Origin: Yuukianura sp. NJ FZ-2021
Lineage: Eukaryota
Assembly (NCBI GenBank): GCA_046563655.1
Contig: CM102286.1
Coordinates: 10,726,001-10,790,000 of the forward strand
Length of the DNA: 64,000 bases
Direction: 5' to 3'
Below the pieces are notes generated by a model. It was given only the letters and a program-made list of their open reading frames with translations. It made no database searches and was not told the origin of the DNA. This document shows positions 26,766 through 39,601 of the stretch, piece after piece (the stretch's first letter is position 1; each line of letters opens with the position of its first letter). The position numbers were made by a program, and so were the translations under genes.

Positions 26766-27702
26766 GAACGGGCGTCTGTCAGTGCCACGGGGTCCTCAGG
26801 ATAAGTGTTCCAGGCGGGCTTTTGCAAGTCCAAAGTAAATCCAATGTACAGAGCCAGCTGTGAACATGTTGATGAAATTGTTGCGATGAAGTATTATTGT
26901 TGATTTGCATGTGAATTAAATCGAAGTTAGGGGTCGAAGCCTACGCATTTTCGCGTTACTTTTAGATGTTGGTGCTTTTTAAGTCGAATGAAGTAATCCG
27001 GATATTTGTAGTGAAGTCGTTTCCTCTGGAAAGCTCGTAAAAATTTAAATTGAGATGACTCTTTTGTAACAGGGTCGTTATGGGGACATTGTTTTCTCTT
27101 GTGGTCTTCTGCAAAAGAAACAAAATGTGCTGGAAATTGAATTGTTGTTGTTGTTTCTGCGCAGCGGATGATTCTTGTGTAGTCGGTGTTTTTGCCATTG
27201 GAATTGTTGGAAGACTATGTACAGGGGTAGAGATGGTGGGACTTGGTGCAAATAAGTCCAGTTGAATTGAGTTTTCACTCGTTGTTGGCGGAATGATGTT
27301 GGTTTCAGCCGGCGTTACATCGACAGCACAAGAGTCCGTCCGCGTCTGCAGTCGCCGTGATGATGGTTAATATTCAATATCTCAGTTTCAATAGCCGTTT
27401 CTGCATACGTTTTGAAGTTGGGCTGTTCCAGTGATTTTGTGAAGTCCTGTAAAGTTTCTGCGTCTTCTATACACATTGCTGAGTCACTGTCGCTTATGAA
27501 ACAGGGTGAATTCATTTCAAGTTGCGCAAACCTAACTTTAACTTGTTTCCATGGTTGCTCTCTGAAAGCAACCAATCGCAACGGCTTACATGATTAGTGC
27601 CTACCGGGTCTAACCGTCCTACCGTACATTACCTGAAACTTGACCCTTCTGGTTCCCAAATGTTCGTTATGACTGATAATCTCGGTGTGAACCATTCCCT
27701 AA

Positions 27703-28433
27703 TGCCTAATTCCCAATGACTGCATCGCACGGACGGACGCTGCATGCGATTGCAGCTCGAACGTACGTCCGTGCAGTGCGAATTCGGAAGGTGATTCCCA
27801 ATGGCTGCTCCAACGCATGCATTTGCATCGCCCGACGTACGTAGGTGCGATGGTCCGATTTCCTGCTGCAACACGGTTCTCAATGCAATCGCAACGCTGC
27901 ACCCAACCTATAAACAGCTGTTGCTTTTTTTTTTATTTCAATTGTGGTTATTGTCCATTCTGTTTCACTGTTTCAAATGTTAAAACTAATCTGGAAAACG
28001 CCAACATTGGTTCACGACTGAGTGTATGGCTTTGACTAACCTATAAAGTACCGAGTTTGGCCTAAACAGACAGACAGACAAATGAAGTACTGGTAATTAA
28101 TTAATAATTAACTAATAATTAGATCTACTTAGAAAGTAAATCTGATTTTGACTTTTGTAGTTTTAAGCTTTGTTTACATTTTTGGTTTTGCCGCCTGGAC
28201 GAATGCGTCGACGGACGCAAAAGTTCAGATTTTTCGTGCGATCGTGCGAAAATCGCATGACGGATCGACGTATCCGATTTTCGCATGCGTCGATCGCATC
28301 CCGGTTCACAATTGCTGACTGCAAGAAATCGCATGCGACAGCGATTTTCGCATGACGCATGCAGTGGACGCAAACCGGTTCTCACACTTTCAATGCGAAT
28401 TCGCATGCGATTGCAGTCATTGGGAACCTGACT
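27703..28433. mobile_element. PIF/Harbinger (Tourist-like) MITE
   Basis: TAA on both sides. Inverted ttcccaatgactgca..tcgca / tgcga.tgcagtcattgggaa 7 nt inside each end. Interior rich in tcgcatgcga palindromes. Confidence 0.65.
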
Positions 28434-29784
28434 TAAGTCTCGCTTCCTGGCCTACTTTCTACTCTCAGGTGGGGCCGGTACCACCGACCCACATTTCTAT
28501 TACATGAATAATGTATTGTTCAGTTACTTACTGAACTTTTTAAAAGAAATATGGGGAAAAACCAGACACGATAAATCCAGATTTATCAGGGCTTTTAACC
28601 CATTTAATTAACTGATCAATTAAAGAAACTTGAACAATTAGAAAGTTCAAGGAGGTCGATAACTAAGAAAACGAGAGAGAGGCATGGTACCTTCTAAGTT
28701 TAAGTTCTAGATCGACTCTAACACACGGCAGAAAGAGTTAAAAGACAGAGACTAAACTAACTGCGTGGTTAAGTTTTGGGTGATATAATTTTGGAAAGCG
28801 GCTATGCGCATGCCAAAAAGAGGGAAATTTAAACCAAAAAGAGGGTCTAAAAATAGACTATATTTTAACCAAAAGAGGGGGTTAAAATCCTAGAAAATGA
28901 AAGAATTGACGCTGTCAATTCTGTAAACATGTATGCTTCGACTACTCCCCTGAACCTACAGAATGAGAAGGGAAGATTCCCTTACCTTAATTTAAAGAGG
29001 TTGACCGATGGAGAGAGATTTCCCAAAAGAGTACTTTATTGTTTAGACTTTGTTACCAGAGATAGTGAGAGCTTACCAAAAGCTAATCTAGAACTGACTT
29101 ACCACTAACAGTGCTTTACTAATATTTATAACCTACGGTTGACCAGATCTGTCGTTCAACTGAGGGACGCTTAGCGACCTGAGTTCAAAGTTGGACGTTA
29201 ATGACCAGGATCTATGATCCGGCTTGGTCGTTAATGTCCAAAATCAACCAAAGTTACCAGCGTATGCAAATTGATAAACGGAGGTTTGAATGGGCGAATC
29301 AACTTTCTGCCGAGTGGACACGCCATCATCGGCAGATGTCAAACTTGCTTAGCAAGTTGTTTTACATGACAAGTCCTTTGGACTTGTCATGTAACACCTC
29401 CTGCCATGTCAAACCTCCTTTCTCATATCATAAGTCTTGAGACCTCTTGTCTCAATTTGCGAACTTTTACAAATTATCAATTTGCATACTCAACCTGTCT
29501 CTTACCCGGTGTTAACTAGTTATTTGGGAGTCCGAATTCGGCCCAACTCCAAATCAATTAATTGATTTGGAGGTGGCTCGAAATCCCACGGAACACTTAA
29601 GTCAATGTTTGGTCGAAAATTGACCGTTTGAGGAATTGGCATTGTAAATGGTGGTCTTGGTGGTTGTTGAGCCAGTTCGGTATCCCAATCATTCGTCTAA
29701 ATTGTTGGTTATTGTCGTTTGAGCTGTGACATGAAGTGTTGAATGTTGCGGTACAACAACGAGTGAGCGATGTTTTAGCGAGAC

Positions 29785-30380
29785 TCTCTTTAGCGAGAGT
29801 TCCTTAATTGGAAACTTCCTTACGAAAAATGTCTGAATCGAGAATTTCTGAATTGAAAATGAAAATTCTTTTTTGAAAAAAATCTCTGACTCGAAAATTC
29901 CTTAATTGGAAATTGTTTTAACCAAATCTCTAAAGTGAGAATTCCTTAATTGAAAATGGTTTTAAACAAATCTCTAAAGTAAGAATTCCTTAATTGGAAA
30001 TTTTGAATTTAACTCCAGAATCGGAAATTTCAAAATCCAAAATATTTTAGTCGAATCTCCTTTCTGAGTCGAGAATTTTTTCCAAAATCGGAAATTGTTT
30101 AATTTTTTTTTTCAAATTTTAAATCTCAAAATCGAGATGATTGTTTATTGGAACGTCTTTAAAAACTTTCTCTGAATTGGGTATTTGATTAATCGGAAAT
30201 AGAAATTTTCAGAATCTCTGAATCGAGATAATTCCTTAAATTGGCACTGTTTACACTTTAGAAGTCCCTACATTGAGAAATTCGTTAATTGGAAATATTT
30301 AAGTTTCTCTGAATCGAGAATTTCTTTAATTGAAAAAAGCACTTCGAATTGTTTGTGTTGAAAATCTCAAAATCGAGAAT
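29785..30380. repeat. Degenerate minisatellite, about 44-bp unit
   Basis: Recurrent tctctgaatcgagaattccttaattggaaa-like units. Confidence 0.75.
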
Positions 30381-31060
30381 TAGTCAGCTGTTGTTTTTCA
30401 AAATTGCAAAATTTGTAGTGGAATGTGCAATTGTTGAAATAAAAGGTGGATTTTTTTGTACTTAGGTCAGCTGATTTGAAGTTTGTATGTGTTTTTCCAG
30501 AGTTGGAAATTTTTTTTTGTGTTCACAATTCCTGAGTCGGAATTTATGTAGTCTTTGTGTGGAGTAGTGTGTTTTTCTCTTGCCGGTGTCTCCTTGTATG
30601 TAAATGAGCAAAGATAAGAAAAGCAAACTTTTTGAAAAAATGGCGTCTTGAAGAAAAAGCCTACTTTTCGTAGTTCACTTTACAGAATTGTTCCAAAACT
30701 GATGGTTCTCGTTAATTTTTTCGATGATTTAGTATTTAGGCCGTTAATTTGCAACTATTAATTGAGTCTCGATCGTTATTTGTGGATTTTTCTGCTTCTT
30801 TTTAGACTTTAAGCTTTAAAATTTACAAATTTAGAACTCCGCTTTTGAAAACTAGAAAGACAGACTTTCATGCGAAAATGTAGCAAAAGAAAAGCAATCC
30901 AGTTATATTGTGTTATTTATGACCTTTTAACACAGTCCGTGTTAATCAACATGATCCAATCTGACGGTTGTAGTATGTGTTCCGTTGATTATTCTTCCTC
31001 TGCTTCCTTCTTATTCTTCTGACTGCGAAATTGCCCGATTCGGTGCCCTAAGGATCACCA

Positions 31061-31308
31061 CGTGAGGCAGGAAGAGAGAAATAATGCCTAAAACTGACGT
31101 GACCTATCACCTCAGATGCTGTCCCTTACTCCACAAAATGACAAGACTTGGGGAAACGCTAGAGACGTGAGCTCCGTTTAGGATGATCCCTTAATTGAGA
31201 CTGCCTTATAGCTATACACATTCTCACTTGTCCTATATACTTATCACTATATCTCACTTATAGTTTTGAATGTGTTCCCGCCGGGGTCTCACCTTACTCC
31301 GCTTCACA
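31061..31308 (-). mobile_element. LTR-like direct repeat, copy B, with adjacent PBS-like sequence
   Basis: Inverted termini (c)gtgaggc...gcttcaca. On the minus strand it is immediately followed by TGGTGATCC. Confidence 0.6.
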
Positions 31309-31619
31309 AATGGTCCATGCAAGAACCAGTAAGAGCATAATCATAAATTGTAACAAGAGTGAGAATTAGGAAATGTTACTTTCTTCAAAGTGTTTCTCAC
31401 GGTGTCAAAAGGAGAGGACAGGATTGAAAGAAAGGTTTATTTCTAACACCCCTTCTCAAACCCGATCCTCCAACTCGGCCGGTTTCTTTGTCTCTTTCAT
31501 ATTGGTCATTTCCAAGGGTCCTGTAGTAGCTTGAATCTTCCTTTTTTTTGTAAATACCAAATGGCGAAAAGGCTTGCAAGGATTATGATTCCAAGAAAGA
31601 CGGAAATGATGATCAGCTA

Positions 31620-32645
31620 AGGACGGGAGTGCGCAGCTTAGTAATCAGCAATAGGAATTTTGGAACTGCATCTTCCTTCAGTACGATTTTTGCTTTATAA
31701 TCGTTGATACAACCGTTAGGGGCACTGAAAACATCGTAGAAGTCGGAAAGTAGGAACTGTAAACTGAGTTTATTAGAAGGCACAATGCTACACTGTTCAA
31801 TTATCGTTCAATTCCGGTTACACTAGTCTCATCAAGTCTCTGCCAAAGAGTGACGTAGCTTTGGAGACATTGAGTGTTACATGTTGCACTTGACTTCTGT
31901 AACTCAGATTTGCTGAAACCTTGCCACTGGGGTGAAATACTTCATTAGTGTAGGTGCGGAAAGATTGACTGGACTTCTGAAGTGGAGATGAAGAACGGAG
32001 AGAAGACTCCCAGAATTCTTCTGATAGGATAGTACGACGGCATCCGGTATCAAATTCCATTGTGTGAGGGACTTGATTGATGTTCACTTGGATCCGAATA
32101 ATGTCCAAATTGTCACCAGGGACATTATTGACTTGACTAACATCGTTCGTCTGCAATCTCTGCTTCGAACTGGAAGGCTCGGAAGACAATATTTAGCAAA
32201 ATGACCTCATTTTGCACAATTATGACACTTGACATTAAGTATTTCCACAGTTGTGACACGAATTTGCTTGATTCGACTTTTTCCCTTTACCACTTGTTTC
32301 TTTGTTGGTTTTACGGTTGGATTGACCTTTACCAGCGTCATTTATGTTCTTCTTCTGCAAGACAGTTTACAACACATGTTCGGCGTATTGACCAGGTTGC
32401 TCCCGGACAAGTGAAGTCTTGGTACTTGCCATTTCCTGAGCCACCGCTAGTTTGACTGTGTCGTAGAGTGGCATCGTCCTTGGAAAAAATAACTTTTTGT
32501 GCCTGTTCAGTGAGGAGTCCAAAAATGAACTGATCTCGAGGACAGGACTCTAGTTCATTTCCAAACTTACAACTAGATGCTAGCTTGCGTGATCCAGCCA
32601 AAATGCATTGACACTTTCACCACTGTTTTGCTTCCTTGTAACACT
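31620..32645 (-). mobile_element. Degenerate Ty3/Gypsy gag-protease-start of pol (Mag-like)
   Basis: RDQFIFGL, zinc knuckle CHNCAK*GHFAKYC (about 32190-32230), aspartic protease MEFDTGCRRTILSE, SLFGRD, then DVF..GCINDYKAKIVLKEDAVPKF. Contains stops and frameshifts. Confidence 0.8.
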
Positions 32646-32899
32646 CTCCTGCGATAAACAACTGAAAATAACCCCACCAGATTACTCACTGAGCCCACAG
32701 GCTAATAGACCCGATGACCTCAATAAACTAACCACTGCTGAAACAACCATCGACGAGTAAATACATGATATATATTTAATGAGTCGATCAAATATCCACT
32801 AAGAACAACTGAAAAATAATGGAATCGAAAATTGGAAACGCACTGTCGTCAACTAAAAAATTCCTGGGATTGGCTGTGGCGCCAAAAACTTTTTTGAAA

Positions 32900-35800
32900 C
32901 AATCCAACAACAATTCACCCTGAATCAGATCCTCGGAAATATCTAAAATCGGCATATCTGTTATGCCGATTTTATGAAGTGTGACAACTCCATGAGATTG
33001 TCACCGTAATGGTGCGAATAGTCTCCATTCCAGTGGTTTTGCTTCAGTTGAACCGCCATGATCTTCCCATTCTTTTTGCATATTGGAGAGACGGATTCTG
33101 GTGGACAGGTAGTTTTTCTTAGTAATAAATTAAACTCATGTCTTGGCCCCATGGTAACAACGGGAAGAAAGTGGCTACGACGATTCTGTAGATTACAAGT
33201 CAGGCAAGCGATCTGGATCGCTTTGCCGGTAAAGTGATCGTGATCGTAAGTTTTAAATGTTCGCCTTTCTGGTCCAAACTTTACGTTCGCAGTGTGTCGC
33301 ATTTTGAACCTTAGTTAAAATCTTGCGACTCGGCGGAACAAAAATATTTTTATTCCTGATACGTCTCGTCTTTTCTACTACCAACTTTAAAATTGCTTTT
33401 ATAAAATGATCGACGCAATCCATACCACTATAAAAAAAATCTGTCAATAAATCCATCCTGAGCTACACAAAATAAACTATATGCAAATGGCAGTTGCTCA
33501 GTGTCACTGTCCGCAGAATTTGCGGGATTTTCTGTTCCAAATTTGAGTCTGGCATAAAAAAAACGTATAGTTGTTACGAACCCTATCCGGTGGCTCCACC
33601 CTAAGGTGCTCCACCAGGTGGGTTCGTTCCCACCCACAAAGTAGGTGGGACAGAACTACGCTTTGACATCGAAGCAAAACTAACAACTAACTAACTCCAG
33701 GGGTGTCACCCGTAGGCGTCCCTCCTAGAATCGGTGTGACCCAGCAGAGGTCATGGTGGGGTCACTCGGATGGGGTAAGTGGCTACAGCCACTTCATCCA
33801 CCAACGGACATGGTGGGGTGAGGGAGGGCTTGACACCACCACTGCTAAGTCACAGTGGCTGCCCTGGTGTCTTGTAGGTGGGTTCCTAACCTAACATAGT
33901 TGGTCGCTCGTGGATCCGGATAGGACCAACAAAGGGAGAAAGAGAAAGAAAAAGAGAGAGAAAGAAATGTTTGACTTACCTGGCGGTAGTAGTGTCGCGG
34001 GCCGAATCCGGACTTTGGTTGCTGGAGTAGGCCTGGATAGCTTGAAGTGGATGGACTAGCCGAGGAGGAGGAATCGCTCAAGCAACAATAGGAACAAACT
34101 CACCCACGGTTGGAATGAAATGTCAATTGTGATGTTACTCGTAACTGGTTAGATCTGTTGACTTTATTTGTTATTCAAATAAAGAGTAGCCACTCTAAGA
34201 GTTGACCCGAGCCAGAAAGTCTGAGGTGGAGGGAAGGAGCCAGAGGACTCTGTCGAAAAGAAGCGAACAGGCTGACCAAAGCCAAGTCGGAGACTGACCT
34301 GGAGGAAAAGGACGCGAGTCCTTTTGTTCAATTCTGAAGTGAGGGCCCTTGGTGACAAGAGCTACCCTCACTTCAGACAAGCCTTTGTCTTAGCTTGTTG
34401 CTAAGTGTCAGTTTGGGATGGAAAGCGAAGGCTAATTTTAATTAGCCGTGACCCTCCTGTTCTCCTTCCAGAATCTTCCTTTCCTTCTTCCGAAGGAACG
34501 GAGGATTCTGGGAAAGTGAATGACCGCACGTGTGACTGGCCATTTGTTCAGCCGTGACCTGGTGGGGCTTGGCCACCTTCGTAGGGTCACGGTGGAGACA
34601 TAGTGTTACGCCCGTAACATAGTGCATACAGTATGGAAATTTTAGAAGAGAATCGAATCGTTTGAATTTGACAATAGGATTCTTCAATTGACGCTTCCGA
34701 ACTGTGGTACTATCTCCACACGAGTGCGAAAGTGTAGATTTACATCTTCGATCTAATCTCTTCTGACAATTGAACTAAATTGAGACCCGTGAACTAAATG
34801 TTTTCCCTGGAATCCTCCGAAGTCACAAGTAATATATAATGATAATTACCTTGATTTTTTTCGTCTCTGACGAGAAGTAAATTTACATGATTTTTAACCT
34901 GACTTGTCGCCCTCATCAAAAAGACGTCGTTTCCTGCGAGGCCGTAAGCATTCAAACTAAGCTCTGTCAATTTTTCTTCTATAATTTCAGTCTTGAATTG
35001 AAACGGCGGCGGAAGCTTTTAAAAATTCCAAGTCTAGTTTAAGTAAATGGCTTTCGTAACTCCTGGGGTCTTAGAGGAAGCGATTTTCCCGCGACTTTGC
35101 CTTTTGACCTAACATTCTCAGTATTTCTTCGCCAAAAAGTGAGCAAAGTAAACTTAATTTGAAACAGTTTTGATTGAAATGACCCCGCGCCGTTTGTGCA
35201 GAGCGGGAGGAGTGGGAATATACCCCCACCCCCTGATTGGACTGTACTGAGCAATAAAGAGCTGAATTTGATTCAAGGACTCAATTTCCCAATTGGAGTT
35301 ATTAGCCAGGTATAGGTTAAAATTAGACACTATGATAATACAAGAATTTAGAATTACTTTTGGAACAAAAAATTCATGTGTTACCGGCATGAAGGGGTCC
35401 CCGATGACGTGATTTTTGTGTCGCACTCGATGTGATGTTTTGTGTTTTTTGTGTAACTTCGACCATGTTGGTCAGCATGCGAATGCTGACTTTAATTCCA
35501 TGAAAGTGATCGGCGAGAGCAGCGATGAGATCTGACATGGGCTTGTATAATTGATCGAATACTTACGCTACTTGACATTCTTCATTCTCAGTTGGCGCGA
35601 CGTAAATATCGAGGCTTCCGCGTAGACTGAAACTGGCCATTTTAAATGTGTGAAAGTTCAATCTCTGCAGTGGAATGGGTTGAGCTCTTCCGGTCAACCT
35701 CTGAATGCAACTTGGGCGGTGTGAATCCAATCGGTAGTAGCTCTGTCCACACAAATCATAATCGTGATGCTAAATTCAAATTAACAAAAGACTGACTTAG

Positions 35801-36060
35801 TGACATTTTCTTTGACGAAAAATTTAGGTCGTATTAGTGGGCTTTTTTTTGGTAGTTGTATTTGTTATGCTTTTAAGTAGACTCACCCGCTCCATGTGAG
35901 CTGTGAGGATTTTGTGCTTGTTGCACTTAAAATTACACTTTCCATCAGTCGCATCGTAACCGCACGAAAACTAATTTACAAAAAAAAAAACTTTAGTTTA
36001 AAGAAAACAAAAAAACAAACATTACAATGTTTTGTAGTTTTAGAAAGTTAATTTCTTACC
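32900..36060 (-). pseudogene. Polinton/Maverick-type protein-primed DNA polymerase B remnant, interrupted by a solo LTR
   Basis: YSPIRGWGYIPTPPAL (about 35200-35250), PFAYSL..YSGMDCVDHF (about 33400-33490), YDHDHFTGKAIQIACLTCNL..LPVV (about 33150-33250). Many frameshifts. Confidence 0.7.
33572..34619. mobile_element. Solo LTR (1048 bp) with 4-bp target site duplication
   Basis: Begins tgttacg, ends cgtaaca, flanked by tagt on both sides. Internal AATAAA at about 34178. Confidence 0.85.
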
Positions 36061-36208
36061 AGGGAAACGAAGCGAGCCCGCTCCCTTTCAAGCCAAGTAC
36101 TCATAAATTTTAACAAAAAAACTTTCACTAAAAACTAAACTTTTCTTTACAAGTCGTTCTTTTCTTTCAAACTTGGTACACGAGTTGGTACTGGCAGATT
36201 CAGGAGTA

Positions 36209-37100
36209 AGGGAGGATGGGGGCAAGGGAATCACTTTTCGTTAGCAATTTTCTGTACTGAACACCGATAAGCTTTTGATAAAAGTTGCAACGCTAACCAT
36301 TAGCTACATCATTTTACCACAAGTCTAGCGCTTTTTGACCTTGAAGTTCTACACTAAGGTCACAGGAACAATGTTTCTAAAACTTTACAAGTGATTCACT
36401 TGCCCCCATTGGTGGGGGTCAAGTGAATCATGATATGGGGTCAGGTGAATCACTTTTATTGTTTTTAAAAAACGTTAAATTACTATTAAATTCTCAACAA
36501 AAATGAACAGAATTATTAGCGGAAAACAAGTTTGGTTCTATTTGGCCTCTGAGAAGTTAATGGTTCAGATTTTGACACAGTTTTACGACATTTTCTAACG
36601 CGTTTTGGAGTCTCAGGTTTTTTTTTGGTCTTTTTAGCCTGCCGTAACGAACGTTCAGCTTCTTCTGCCCTAACTGGTACCTCTTGCTAAACTTGTGGCT
36701 TCCGGCTTACGAACTGACAGCGTTGGATGTCTCTGTATTAATCCTAAATACCATTCTCGTCCCGCATGTAAATTTGTATCCCATTCTGGTGGATGTTTTA
36801 TTTCTTCTTTTTTTTCGCAAATTCATGCGCCAACTTGCGAAATTCCAGTGAAGTTAAGCCAAAATAAATAGACGCTGCGTGTTTAAGGTAGACTTGAAAG
36901 TGATCTTCCTGTTCGACCGAAAACACACGATTGGAATAGCCGATGCCACTTCTGGCAGGCCTTGTTGCCATAGGATCTTGCAACTTTGAAACAAAACGAC
37001 GAAGCGTACTGTTGGGAATATTGTTCAGCACCTCAGTGTGGAAAGTCTTATATTTTCCATTTTTCTGAAAACGAAAAAAAGACAAATTAAATTCCAAACG
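36209..37100 (-). mobile_element. pogo/Fot1-like transposon remnant, internally deleted
   Basis: NIPNSTLRR..VFSVEQE..YFGLTSLEFRKLAHEFA..AGREW..RHPTLSVRKPEATSLAR (psq plus CENP-B HTH). Subterminal ggggcaagtgaatcac-type repeats at about 36220 and 36390-36455. Confidence 0.75.
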
Positions 37101-37992
37101 GAAATGGTTGAAAGCTTTTTAATTAATATCGCCATCGTTAGATGGCCGGAACGGTATTACTTAAATCAACATCCGATCATTCTCATATTTTTAATGTGGT
37201 TAAATAAAATATACTTATAATCACAAAAAATATAGTCAAACTTTTCAAAAAATTATTTCTTCACAAAATTGTTAACTTGGAATAGATTAATGAAGTTCTT
37301 ACAAAGAGAAGAGCCTTGCGTCCCTCAGATAGAAGAGCCTTGCGTCCCTTAGATATGAGTCCTTATTATGTGAGTCCGATATTTGAAATTGATAGTTGCC
37401 AAGGTTGATAATATGGGAGAACTTTTCAATTACAAGGCTAAATTCTGATGAATATGCGTAAAGCTTAAGTTTAAGAGAAATTAGCAGAATTGCAATTTCA
37501 GATTTTTCCAAAAGTTGCATTTTCCCATGCCTAAGGAAGCCCTGACTCTTGATTTTCACACGCCTATTCAAATTGATTAACAGTTGAGATTGATTTAACA
37601 CCGACTAATTTTGTCCCAGTGGTGCACTAGTCGTTCCCAGTCAGTGAAAGAGTTAACACTTCAACAAAAATCGACCATCAGTGAAGTTGAGTTACAAACT
37701 ACGGAAAGGTAACCAAAAATATATTTTTTAAAACGTTGAGTTTACTATCTGCTTGTCATTTTGATGTTTTGTTTTAAATGCCGAATGTAAAAAACATGTT
37801 AATGATTTGATCAAATCTGTTTTCAGTTTCGACATTTCACAAACGGGAAGAAACTACTGTTGCCCCGGAAATTGTTGATTTGGAGGAGACTTCGTCTCAA
37901 ATGGAGGAGGAGGTTGATGCTACGGTTGCATCCGTTTCCAGGAAAAACCCAATTGCTCGGAGCCAACATTTAAAGAAGCCGTTAAGGAAAAA

Positions 37993-39376
37993 ATGGCTGC
38001 GGTTGCTGCTGGAATCGAGGTGAGTACTGGGTTTACTAATTTTTCTTAAAAAAAAGTCGTCTTTAAAACACATTTAGCCATGAATTTCCACTCGTTCTGG
38101 ATCGAATTTCTGATTTTAATTATCTCAGGATTCCGATCCTGAGTTTGTTCCAGGGGACGAAGTAGAAGAGGGAGATGAGGACACGGAAGAAGAACTTGAT
38201 GAAGATGACGAGCCGGAAGAAGATAGCGAGGAAGATCCGGATGCATCGGAAGATGAGATGGCTTCTGCGATTAAACAACGCGAAGCCAAGGAGGCAAAAA
38301 TATGGCAGCTTGGAAGGAAGCCGAAATTTCTAAAGGTAACGATGGTACTGCGTTAATTCAAATAAAGTTGTTGTTTTTTGTTTGATTTCTATAAAGTTTT
38401 ACTTAAAAAAATTTTGATAAAGTTATTGATAAATATATTTCTTGTAGCAAGCTGATGCGACACCAAGTTCCGGAATTTGTCAGCCGAAGGCAAAACCAGG
38501 ACCTTCTGTCATTGCGAAACAAGGTCAACGCCCTACAACTGCATCAGGTGTTAAGAAATCAAAAAGTCTCCATGATGTATCCAAGAAAGGCAAAGACAAG
38601 GTTAGCGCATGAAAAACTGTGGCATTATAGCATGTATAATCATTCTTAACCCCGCGTCTCTATATAAAGTTTAATGGACAAGTCATATTTGCCCTTTTGA
38701 ACGTAGGTTACATACGGTGTTCAAAAGCCGAGGATGAAGAGGCAAAACGTAATGCCTTTGCCTGACCTTCCCGTGGGTGTGAAAAGCATGCTCCCAACTA
38801 CAAAAGGAACCTCCGTGAAAAAGGTAATTTAGTTGGAAAATATATTAAAATAATGGTCTAATAATTATTTTCCCTTGCGTTACAGAGCCCGCCCAAACCA
38901 TTGCCAAAACGCAAGTCTGAAATCTACACCGACTCTGACGCATCTTCCTCGTCCGAACCTCCAAAAAGGAAAGGCAGGAAACGTTCAAGGGCAGATGAAG
39001 ATGAGGAAGGGGACGAGCATGACGAAGACGTAAGACATATTTCAAATTACCCTGATGAAATACAATTTGCTGAAAAAATTTAGTTGCTAATCATATTGTA
39101 TTTTTTATAATCGTCTATTAGGAACTGTTAATGGGCTTGGCTCCATCGGATCACAACACCAAGGGAAAGCACATCCGAAGCGGATCAGTGCCCATTGGAC
39201 TGGATGTGCACGTAAAGTGGCATAAGTACAGAGGTGCCCATTATGTTATGATTCGCCATATTGTCAATGGTGTTGTTGATGGACGACGAGGTATTAATAT
39301 TAATATGGAATACCTCCCCAACCTGAAGAAGGCCATCGACAAGGCACACGAGTGTTACGAAGAATCAATGCAGTAA
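37993..39376 (+). CDS. Spliced gene, about 300 aa: acidic then basic low-complexity N-terminus with a C-terminal PC4/Sub1-like domain
   Basis: Exons about 37993-38019, 38129-38335, 38448-38600, 38707-38823, 38886-39029 and 39122-39376 join open with phase-0 GT-AG introns. C-terminus IGLDVHVKWHKYRGAHYVMIRH..GRRGININMEYLPNLKKAIDK follows the PC4 pattern. AATAAA at about 39409. A longer start is possible but would need a frameshift at about 37938. Confidence 0.6.
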
Positions 39377-39601
39377 ATACAAAATATTTTACCCAAATGA
39401 TTTTGTTCAATAAAAGCGTGTCTTGTGCTTCACCTTAATTTGAAATTATACATTTTCCTTCACTTTAATTTGATTTTCCAATATTAGCGATTGGTAAACA
39501 ACGTGTAGAAAGTCGTTGAAATTTTGTTTTTGAATTTTAGGTTATTAATTAGGCTTTCATATAACAGTTCTTGGTAGTTAAGAAGCTGCAATTTTATTTT
39601 A

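Noticed and set aside
26545..31308. One complete LTR retrotransposon bounded by the two LTR-like repeats
   Set aside because: No polypurine tract, target duplication or gag-pol sequence found between them, and the repeats are clearly diverged.
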